This document shows, in pieces, positions 30,417-37,933 of a stretch of 44,219 nucleotides of DNA. Origin of the DNA: Gammaproteobacteria bacterium (GTDB taxonomy: Bacteria > Pseudomonadota > Gammaproteobacteria > SZUA-229). Both the position numbers and the translations under genes were made by a program. The notes under the pieces were generated by a model. That model made no database searches. It saw only the letters and a program-made list of their open reading frames with translations, and was not told the DNA's origin. The stretch covers positions 1 through 44,219 of the forward strand of contig JBLYYN010000086.1 in the NCBI GenBank assembly GCA_048550535.1. Reading direction: 5' to 3'. Numbering within the stretch: position 1 is the first letter of the stretch; every line of letters starts with the position of its first letter.

Positions 30417-30972
30417 AGAGGTTTCGCCCTTCTGGGCGAGTTCATTTCTTTACTCGTATAAAGAAACCGAACCAAAGAAATACGCCCCAACTCACAAGCC
30501 CTTCATAAAAGGCGATGAAGGGTGCCCTCGTCACCACATGATGAATGTGCCTGCTGCGCAACTCCTCGCAAACTACGCTCGTCAAACATGCTCGCAGAAA
30601 GCCTGCACTTTAATCATGCGCTCCTCGGCTTGATCAATGGGGAATTCGAAAAAAAAATCGGAAATCCAAAGCCTGTGCTTTTGAACATCCCCTTTGGAGT
30701 AAGCAGAGGAGGGAGTGATTTATGAGGGAGCTTTCTGCGAGAATGTTTGAGCGAATTATGCTTTTTATAATTCGTGAGTTTCGCAGCAGCCTCATAAATT
30801 GCGACTGACGAAGGCACCACTATGCGCTTTTTGCATAGTGGCTTGCTACCTGGGGCGGCATTTTCTTGGTTATCTTCTTTGTTGCCTACAGGGACGTAGG
30901 TAAGGAGCGAGAGCAGGATGCGGTAGCTTTGCTGGAGACAAAGAAGTAACTCGCCAGCGAGGCGAAACCTCT
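30417..30972. repeat. Long structured inverted element made of two diverged copies (30417-30650 on +, 30681-30972 on -)
   Basis: Perfect 12-bp outer IR agaggtttcgcc/ggcgaaacctct; ordered shared blocks ggcgagtt, aaagaa..aacca, cgcccca, caagcc, ggtgcc.tcgtca, ctgctgcg.aactc, tcaaacat.ctcgcagaaagc, ctcctc.gctt, gggga. Confidence 0.8.
30882..30928 (-). mobile_element. ~47 bp hairpin micro-element inserted in the right arm of the long inverted element
   Basis: Minus strand agctaccgcatcctgctctcgctccttacctacgtccctgtaggcaa; absent from the left copy; homologous to 35599-35612 + 35714-35763. Confidence 0.7.
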
Positions 30973-31034
30973 CCCAAATAAGCAGAAAAATACAAAACCC
31001 CAAAAACTCACTTCACTACCAAAATAAAACCAAA

Positions 31035-31448
31035 TTAACCATCCTCCGGCCCAACCCAAAAATGAGGATTCCAGGCCACTTCCCACAAATGCCCATCCAG
31101 ATCCGCAAAATACCCCGAATACCCACCCCAGTCCGTCTCATGCGCTGGCTTAACTAAACAACCACCCGCAGTCACCGCCAGCTCAAGTAACTTGTCCACC
31201 TGCTCAGAGGACCCCACATTGTGGGCAAGACTAAACCCCCGAAAACCACTGCCCGCCGCCGAAACATCGGCATCAGCGGCCAGTGCACTCCAGCCATACA
31301 GCCCCAGCCAGCTGCCATTGAGTTCAAAAAAGGCCACTTCCTCACTGGCAAAATCTTTCAGCGGCAGTCCCAGTCCCTGTTGATAAAACTGTCTGGCCCG
31401 TGGCAGGTCTCGGACACCTAGGGTGATCATACTGATTCTGGGTTTCAT
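31035..31448 (-). CDS. VOC/glyoxalase family protein
   Basis: ISMITLGVRDL.RARQFY, LAHNV, WGGYSGYFADLDGHLWEVAWNP; GGAG RBS. Confidence 0.92.
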   Translation of the reverse strand: MKPRISMITLGVRDLPRARQFYQQGLGLPLKDFASEEVAFFELNGSWLGLYGWSALAADADVSAAGSGFRGFSLAHNVGSSEQVDKLLELAVTAGGCLVKPAHETDWGGYSGYFADLDGHLWEVAWNPHFWVGPEDG

Positions 31449-31578
31449 CGGGCATCTCCTTTTTAATGATCGAGATTAGACTGCATGCAATTATCCGGCT
31501 AATCCTGACATATTATGGTAGGCTTTTGAAATGACATGAAATATTATACGTTTTTATTTTTGCAGTAATAATCCAGCT

Positions 31579-32796
31579 ATGGCCACAATCCGAAAATCTC
31601 ACAAACTCGATGACGTCTGTTACGACATCCGCGGGCCCGTTTTGCAGGAAGCCAGACGCCTGGAAGAGGAAGGTCATCGCATTACCAAGCTTAATATTGG
31701 TAACCCGGCGCCGTTTGGCCTGGAAGCCCCGGATGAGATTATTCAGGATGTGATCCATAACCTGGCGGACTGCCAGGGCTATAGTGATTCCCAGGGGGTT
31801 TATTATGCCCGTAAGGCAGTGATGCAATACTGCCAGCAGAAAAATATTGCCGATGTGGAAATCGAGGATATTTTTCTGGGTAATGGGGTGAGCGAACTGA
31901 TCGTGATGTCTATGCAGGCCTTGCTGGATAACGGCGATGAAATGCTGATACCGGCACCGGATTATCCTCTATGGACCGCATCGGTGAGCCTGGCCGGTGG
32001 CAAGCCGGTGCATTATTTATGTGATGAACAGAACGACTGGCAGCCGGATCTGGCCGATATCGAGAGCAAGATCAGCTCGAACACTCGTGGCATAGTGATT
32101 ATTAATCCCAATAACCCCACCGGCGCGGTTTATTCACGGGAAGTTTTGCAGGGCATAGTGGATCTCGCCCGCAAGCATAGACTCATTATTTATGCCGATG
32201 AAATTTACGACAAGATCATTTACGACCAGGCAGAACATATTGCCATGGCGTCTCTGGCCGATGATGTGTTGTTCGTCAGTTTCAATGGTCTGTCGAAAAC
32301 CTATCGCGTGGCGGGTTTTCGTTCCGGCTGGATGGTGGTGAGTGGCGCCAAACACCTGGCGGTGGATTATATCGGCGGTATGAATTTGCTGGCCTCCATG
32401 CGCCTGTGCTCCAATGTGCCCGGGCAGCATGCGATTCAAACCGCCTTAGGCGGTTATCAGAGTATCAATGACCTGATCAGTCCGGGAGGTCGTTTATATG
32501 AACAACTGCAATATACCTGGGCCATGGTCAACCAGTTACCCGGCGTCAGTTGTGTAAAACCCAGAGGGGCTTTGTACCTGTTCCCACGACTGGACCCGGA
32601 AGTCTATCCCATCAATGACGATGTAAAGTTTGTACTGGATTTGCTGTTGCAGGAAAAAATTCTCCTGGTACAGGGCACGGCGTTCAACTGGCCGGACACC
32701 GATCATTTCCGTATGGTGTTTCTGCCGCGCAAAGACGAGATGGAAAAAGTAATCGAGCGCATGGATCACTTTTTAAGGCATTATGAGGTTGAGTGA
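31579..32796 (+). CDS. alaA: Glutamate-pyruvate (alanine) aminotransferase, PLP-dependent class I/II
   Basis: KLDDVCYDIRGPV, KLNIGNPAPFG, NPNNPTG, DEIYD, GLSKTYRVAGFRSGW. Confidence 0.93.
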   Translation: MATIRKSHKLDDVCYDIRGPVLQEARRLEEEGHRITKLNIGNPAPFGLEAPDEIIQDVIHNLADCQGYSDSQGVYYARKAVMQYCQQKNIADVEIEDIFLGNGVSELIVMSMQALLDNGDEMLIPAPDYPLWTASVSLAGGKPVHYLCDEQNDWQPDLADIESKISSNTRGIVIINPNNPTGAVYSREVLQGIVDLARKHRLIIYADEIYDKIIYDQAEHIAMASLADDVLFVSFNGLSKTYRVAGFRSGWMVVSGAKHLAVDYIGGMNLLASMRLCSNVPGQHAIQTALGGYQSINDLISPGGRLYEQLQYTWAMVNQLPGVSCVKPRGALYLFPRLDPEVYPINDDVKFVLDLLLQEKILLVQGTAFNWPDTDHFRMVFLPRKDEMEKVIERMDHFLRHYEVE

Positions 32797-32841
32797 GTGT
32801 TTTTACACTCAGCTAAGGGTAGTTAATGAATTTAAGGCTTC

Positions 32842-32915
32842 TTTGCCACAGAGGCACAAAGAACACAGAGGTTTTATATATATTAACTCTATGAGCTCTG
32901 TGCCTCTGTGGCAAA
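32842..32915. repeat. Palindromic element with tandem CACAGAG-type units in its arms
   Basis: tttgccacagaggcacaaagaacacagag ... ctctatgagctctgtgcctctgtggcaaa; outer 17 bp perfect; lies between convergent genes. Confidence 0.8.
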
Positions 32916-32938
32916 ATATTTCCTTTAAAGAAAAACAA

Positions 32939-33313
32939 TCACTCAACCATTTCAATAAAAACAAAATCATCCGGTTTTGTCTTTTTCAATTCTTGCACAT
33001 CGCTCAGCGCTTTTGCCCAGATATTAGTTTTGGCAGCCAGGCGAATTTCATCGCCCTGTGAGATAGGTGTGGGTCCAAAACCAATGGCGATACAGCTGCC
33101 TTCCACCCAGAATGCCAGTTCTCCGGCTTCCACTACATCTCTGGCATCGGCTTCCCGTTCCACTGTGACCGGTGTTTCGAAATAGACTTCTTCACCCCAG
33201 GTCTGGGCCTTGCTGGCGAAGGGCAGGTTGTCAGCAATGGTTTTTGCGGTTGGGGTATCTAATAGTTCGGCGAACACATTCACCGAGCCTATGGCGATCT
33301 TGATTTGTTTCAT
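32939..33313 (-). CDS. Cyclophilin-like fold protein (DUF369/TM1367-like)
   Basis: TPTAKTI..LPF, WGEEVYF, GELAFW..G..IAIGFGPTP. Confidence 0.85.
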   Translation of the reverse strand: MKQIKIAIGSVNVFAELLDTPTAKTIADNLPFASKAQTWGEEVYFETPVTVEREADARDVVEAGELAFWVEGSCIAIGFGPTPISQGDEIRLAAKTNIWAKALSDVQELKKTKPDDFVFIEMVE

Positions 33314-33879
33314 TATGAATCCTGATTATTGGCATAAAAATAAGCCCATGAAAAACCGCTGGCCTGTTGCAGTGCCTGAAAAATAATGTCGGATGGCACC
33401 ACTTCATGGGGATGTATATAACTGATATGAATACTGAATTGGCCAAAGCCGGCTTCCTTGCGCCAGCGAAAAGACTGCACCGGTTTTTCAACACCACACA
33501 GTTCGCAGGTTTTAGTGGCTGAGCCATCAAACCAGTTGGCGGACTGTTTCCAGTGGCTAATGCTCTGTTTACAGCTTGGGCACTGGGGTTTGACCAGGTC
33601 GGTATAGCCCAGGCAGCGCACCGAGTCACTGACAGGGTTGATTTGCAGGTAACAATAGTGATCGCCTTCAGCTGGACTCAGCTTGACGCTGGGGGAACAG
33701 CCTAAAAAGGTGATTAGATTCAGAAATTCCTCACCCGCCAGATAAGTGTTGTTATGCTGATCCGGGTCACCCAGAAGGCCTATGTTTTCCAGGGCGTCTA
33801 TAACATCCTGCACAGGGTCGGGACGATCCGTGGGTAGTTTGGGGTGAATCACCAGGCGGGGGATGGCTAGTTCAGGCAT
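33313..33879 (-). CDS. Hypothetical protein with zinc-ribbon-like CxxC pairs
   Basis: FLNLITFLGCSP, CPSC and CELC, WRKEAGF, IHPHEVVP; TAATG overlap with the next gene. Confidence 0.7.
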   Translation of the reverse strand: MPELAIPRLVIHPKLPTDRPDPVQDVIDALENIGLLGDPDQHNNTYLAGEEFLNLITFLGCSPSVKLSPAEGDHYCYLQINPVSDSVRCLGYTDLVKPQCPSCKQSISHWKQSANWFDGSATKTCELCGVEKPVQSFRWRKEAGFGQFSIHISYIHPHEVVPSDIIFQALQQASGFSWAYFYANNQDS

Positions 33880-34029
33880 GTGTGGCAGATCGACTGGGAC
33901 TACGGGTTACAAATTACGCATTATAACGGTTTTGTAGCACTTAAGCCCATGCAATTAACGGGGGCGACTTGACCCACCGAAAGTTTAACGCCATTCTGGG
34001 TTTCTTCGTGGACAACAGGGGAGCTGGTG

Positions 34030-34326
34030 ATGAAAGTTACGCTGGTGCATATCGAGGTAAAGGCCGAACATGTGGCTGATTTTATCCAGGCCTGCCGTCT
34101 CAATCATCTGGCCTCTATACAGGAACCGGGTAATCGTCGGTTCGATGTGCTGCAGTCCCCCGATGATCCCGCTAAATTTATTCTTTATGAAGCTTTTAAT
34201 TCGGATCAGGCGGCTGCAGCCCATAAACAGGCCGAGCACTATTTACACTGGCGCGAAACCGTTGCCGACTGGATGGCCAGTCCTCGACAGGGCATTACCT
34301 ATGATGGCCTGTTTCCAGACCAATAA
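34030..34326 (+). CDS. Antibiotic-biosynthesis-monooxygenase domain protein (LsrG-like)
   Basis: SIQEPGNRRFDVLQ, FILYEAF, AAAHKQAEHYLHWRETV; GGAG RBS. Confidence 0.88.
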   Translation: MKVTLVHIEVKAEHVADFIQACRLNHLASIQEPGNRRFDVLQSPDDPAKFILYEAFNSDQAAAAHKQAEHYLHWRETVADWMASPRQGITYDGLFPDQ

Positions 34327-34362
34327 TCTATGCGCTAGATTAGACATTTAACAGGGCCACTT

Positions 34363-35550
34363 ATGTTTACTCCTTTTTCCATTGCGCGACTGCCCCGGAT
34401 CGAATTTGGCTCGGGCACCATAGCTAAACTGGGTGATACTTGTCTGCAATATGGCCGGCTCATATTACTGGTGACCGGGGGCCAGTCGTTCGAGCAGGCC
34501 TCATGGTCCGAGGCCATATTGCAGGATTTCAAACATCATGGCATCGACTGGCTCATGTTTAAGGTGCCGGGGGAGCCGTCTCCCCAGCTAGTCGACCAGG
34601 CCGTAGAGGCCTATGCTGATGAAGTCATTGATGTCGTGGTGGCGGTGGGCGGTGGCAGTGCCCTGGATGCGGCCAAGGCCATTGCCGGTTTACTCAGAGT
34701 CAGACGTTCGGTGATGGATTACCTGGAAGGGGTGGGGCCGGAATTAAGCTATGAGGGGCCTGCGCTGCCCTTTATTGCCGTTCCCACCACCGCCGGTACC
34801 GGCAGTGAAGCTACCAAAAATGCAGTGCTCAGCGTTCATGGCTCGGAAGGCTTTAAAAAATCCTTTCGTGATGACAAGCTGGTGGCGGAGTACGCCATAG
34901 TTGATCCGGATCTGCTGGCCAGCTGTCCGGCGTCGGTGATTGCCGCCAACGGTATGGATGCGCTCACCCAGTTACTGGAATCCTATGTGTCTACCCGCGC
35001 CAATGCCATGACCGATGCGCTGGCCATCAGCGGTCTGCGGGCCGTACGTGACGGCTTGTTAGTCATGTTTAACTCCGCGGGTCAGGATGTTGATGCCCGT
35101 GAGCGCATGGCTTATGGTTCGATGTTGTCGGGCATCTGTCTGGCACAAACCGGCCTGGGCTCGGTGCACGGCCTGGCTTCACCGCTGGGAGCTTTTTATC
35201 CCATTCCCCATGGGGTGGTATGTGGCACCCTGGTGGCTGAGGCGACCCGGGTCAATATCGAGACCATGAAACAACGCGAGCCGGATAATCCCCTGCTGGC
35301 CAAATATGCTCGACTGGGTGATGTGTTATGCAAGAAAAAACACCGGGATGCGGAAAAATCTTATCAGGTTCTGATTGAGCTGTTAACTGAGTGGACTGTC
35401 GAGCTCAAACTTGAGGGCTTATCGGCATATGGTTTGAGGGAAGAGGGCATAGCCCATGTGGTGGCCCATTGTCGTGGCAGCAGCATGAAGACCAATCCCA
35501 TCGTGCTCAGCGATGAGGAAATCGCCGGGATTATTCGGTCCCGGCTTTAA
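34363..35550 (+). CDS. Iron-containing alcohol dehydrogenase
   Basis: GGGSALDAAK, VPTTAGTGSEAT, DALTQLLE, VHGLA, HGVVCG. Confidence 0.92.
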   Translation: MFTPFSIARLPRIEFGSGTIAKLGDTCLQYGRLILLVTGGQSFEQASWSEAILQDFKHHGIDWLMFKVPGEPSPQLVDQAVEAYADEVIDVVVAVGGGSALDAAKAIAGLLRVRRSVMDYLEGVGPELSYEGPALPFIAVPTTAGTGSEATKNAVLSVHGSEGFKKSFRDDKLVAEYAIVDPDLLASCPASVIAANGMDALTQLLESYVSTRANAMTDALAISGLRAVRDGLLVMFNSAGQDVDARERMAYGSMLSGICLAQTGLGSVHGLASPLGAFYPIPHGVVCGTLVAEATRVNIETMKQREPDNPLLAKYARLGDVLCKKKHRDAEKSYQVLIELLTEWTVELKLEGLSAYGLREEGIAHVVAHCRGSSMKTNPIVLSDEEIAGIIRSRL

Positions 35551-35566
35551 TTGTGTGATTTATCAG

Positions 35567-35885
35567 ATTTAAAAGAAAACGCGAACAACGTAACTGAAAG
35601 CTTCCGCATCCTCGGTAACTGAGTCTTTCCGGGTTGTCCATGCCCTCACGAGACACTTGTTCATCCATGAACATCGTCCTGCGTTACTCTACCTCCTGCA
35701 TCCATGCAGTCGTGCTCGCGCGCCCTACCTGCGTACCCAAAGGGCATAAATCCATGCAGGCAACGCGAATACACGCAAAATAACTAATGATTTATAGGTT
35801 TATGTTTAAAATATCGAATATTTTGTTCACATAAGATGAACAAAATAAAAAAGCATTTGCGTTAATTTACGTTTTCTTTTTAAAT
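35567..35885. mobile_element. Nested composite repeat: palindromic host carrying four layered micro-insertions
   Basis: Host arms match 20933-21056; internal modules match 30882-30928 (reverse complement) and 44128-44206. Confidence 0.8.
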
Positions 35886-35893
35886 TTTACAAA

Positions 35894-36448
35894 TCATACA
35901 ATGGCCATCATGGCCAGTGAGCTGCCCAGTGCCGCACCCACCAGCACATCCGTGGGGTAATGCAGGCCCAGCACCACTCGTGACATGGCAACCAGCAGGG
36001 TAAATGGCACTAACACCAGGGCCAGTTCAGGGTAGCTGTTAATCGCTATCAGGCTGAAGCTGAAGGCATGCAGGGTATGGCCTGATGGAAAACTGTAATA
36101 ATCCAGTGCTTCGGTGCCCTGCACAATCGAGCTGTGCTGGATATAGGGGCGTTGACGAACCAGGGTGGTTTTCAGCAGTTTATAAACCGCGACGCCGATT
36201 AGCCCGGTCACCAGCATGTTGATGGAGGTTTCTATGGCTGACCAGCCATAGGCTACCGGCAGCAGTAGCATCAAAATATACCAGAACACGCCGTTACCTA
36301 AGCGGCTGATGAGGGAGAAAAATACTCGTATCAGCTCAATGTCCGAATATTGGTTAAGGGACTGACACAGTCCTAATTCAAGCTTGTCCATCCGCTGAAA
36401 CAGTCGTAGTTTTGGCGTTCTGCCGATTGCATTGTTTAGATTGAGCAT
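35894..36448 (-). CDS. PAP2-family phosphatase
   Basis: K...RQRP, SFPSGHT, SRVVLGLHYPTDV; start may be 36448 (overlapping the GT gene) or 36391. Confidence 0.9.
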   Translation of the reverse strand: MLNLNNAIGRTPKLRLFQRMDKLELGLCQSLNQYSDIELIRVFFSLISRLGNGVFWYILMLLLPVAYGWSAIETSINMLVTGLIGVAVYKLLKTTLVRQRPYIQHSSIVQGTEALDYYSFPSGHTLHAFSFSLIAINSYPELALVLVPFTLLVAMSRVVLGLHYPTDVLVGAALGSSLAMMAIV

Positions 36449-37556
36449 AAGTCACCACCAGGTTTTCAAAGTTATCAATAACATGGGCCCAGTCAACGGA
36501 CAGCGCAGTCTGCCTGGCCTGTTGCCGGATTCGGTAGTTGAGATTTGCATCCTGGAGCAGATTCAGGGCGGCTGTGTGGAAGGCCTGGACATCACCGGGA
36601 CTGACTGTGATGCCATTGTGTCGATTCTGGATGTGCATATGAGCCGCCGCATAGTCATAGGCCACCACTCCTAACCCGCTGGCCATGGCTTCCAGTATTA
36701 CATTGCCGAAGGTTTCGGTTTCCGATGGGAACAGGAAAATATCCGCTGAGGCATAGTGCCTCGATAGATCGTTTCCGGTCTGGTTGCCACAGAAAATGAT
36801 ATCTCTGTAGCGGCTTTGCAGTTTACTGCGCAGTGGGCCTTCACCCACCATCACCAGCCTTAAATCAGGTTGATGTTGTTTCGATAAAGTATAGGATTCG
36901 ATAATTTGATGGATGTTTTTTTCAGCGGCAATACGTCCCACATACAACATCACAGGGTCTTTCTCTGCTACCTGCCAGCTGTCCCGCAACTCACGATTAC
37001 GGTAATCCGGTGAAAACAGATTGCTGTCGATACCACGACTAAACAGGGCAGTATTGTTAATGCCACCTTGTTGCAGGCTCTTTACCATTTCGGGAGATGG
37101 CGCCAGGGTACAGTCGGTGCGATTGTGAAAACTTTTCAGGTAATTGAAAATTATTGAATGCAGAATGCCGAGTCGATAATGTTTGCTGTAATTATGGAAA
37201 TTGGTATGGAATCCGCTGAGTACCGGGATACCGGCAGCATTGGCCGCCTGTACTGCGGATCGCCCCAGTGGTCCTTCGGTGGCTACATAAACAATATCCG
37301 GGGTTTGTTGGGCCCAGGCTTTTTTTAATCTCTGTGTAGCAGGCAGACCAAATTGCATACCCGGATAACCGGGTATGGGCAGACCTCTCACCAGTGTCAG
37401 ATCATTATCCTTAACTGCCGTATCGGTTTTCTGTCGTGGTCGCACAAGGTGTATACCGTGACCACGGGTCTTGAGCTCATCCACCAGGCGAGCCAGGGTT
37501 TTAGCCACCCCGTTAATTTCCGGGGTGTAGGTCTCAGTGACCAGCGCTATACGCAT
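36378..37556 (-). CDS. Glycosyltransferase family 4 (MgtA/PimB-like)
   Basis: MRIALVTETY.PEINGVA, ATEGPLG, FHTNF, YVGRIAAEKN, FPSETETFGNVILEAMASG. Confidence 0.92.
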   Translation of the reverse strand: MRIALVTETYTPEINGVAKTLARLVDELKTRGHGIHLVRPRQKTDTAVKDNDLTLVRGLPIPGYPGMQFGLPATQRLKKAWAQQTPDIVYVATEGPLGRSAVQAANAAGIPVLSGFHTNFHNYSKHYRLGILHSIIFNYLKSFHNRTDCTLAPSPEMVKSLQQGGINNTALFSRGIDSNLFSPDYRNRELRDSWQVAEKDPVMLYVGRIAAEKNIHQIIESYTLSKQHQPDLRLVMVGEGPLRSKLQSRYRDIIFCGNQTGNDLSRHYASADIFLFPSETETFGNVILEAMASGLGVVAYDYAAAHMHIQNRHNGITVSPGDVQAFHTAALNLLQDANLNYRIRQQARQTALSVDWAHVIDNFENLVVTYAQSKQCNRQNAKTTTVSADGQA

Positions 37557-37624
37557 CAGTATTCACCTGTTCTAAGAGTTGGAAAAAGTATGGGTGAGCT
37601 ATATGAACGAAGGGTTATGTTTTA

Positions 37625-37642
37625 GTGATTTTTCCATGACAG
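37625..37642 (-). promoter_or_regulatory. Putative Pho box upstream of the GT4-PAP2 operon
   Basis: Minus strand CTGTCAT-GGAA-AAATCAC: perfect first half-site, 4/7 second half-site, 11-bp periodicity. Confidence 0.45.
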
Positions 37643-37933
37643 GCAATTTTTGAAGCGCCTCAATGGATGTTGACGGCTGCTACTACGCAGGTGAAATGAA
37701 CTTGTTCATAAGCCTAAGGCTGATGATAAATGCCGCAAATTTCAGAAAAATGACTAATAAAAACAGTCGAAATGTACTATTATTACTGTCTAATTTATTT
37801 GAGCTTTATAAGTTATTGAAAAATAAGTAAATAATTTAAACCTTGTAAACGAAGGCTTGTTTTTCAGGGCGCTTACCACGAATATTCGCCTACACTATTG
37901 AGTGAACACTGGCTTAGAACCAGGAGTGAAATT

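Noticed and set aside
30522-31086. ORFs 30522-30725(+), 30614-31003(-) and 30886-31086(-)
   Set aside because: They overlap the structured inverted repeat, have non-ATG starts and no recognisable motif; likely spurious.
32783-33061. 92-aa ORF
   Set aside because: It is a translation of the CACAGAG palindrome and is antisense to the cyclophilin-like gene.
35591-35765. Recurring CATCCATG hairpins as a CRISPR array
   Set aside because: No constant repeat with regular unique spacers and no cas genes; better explained as nested insertions.
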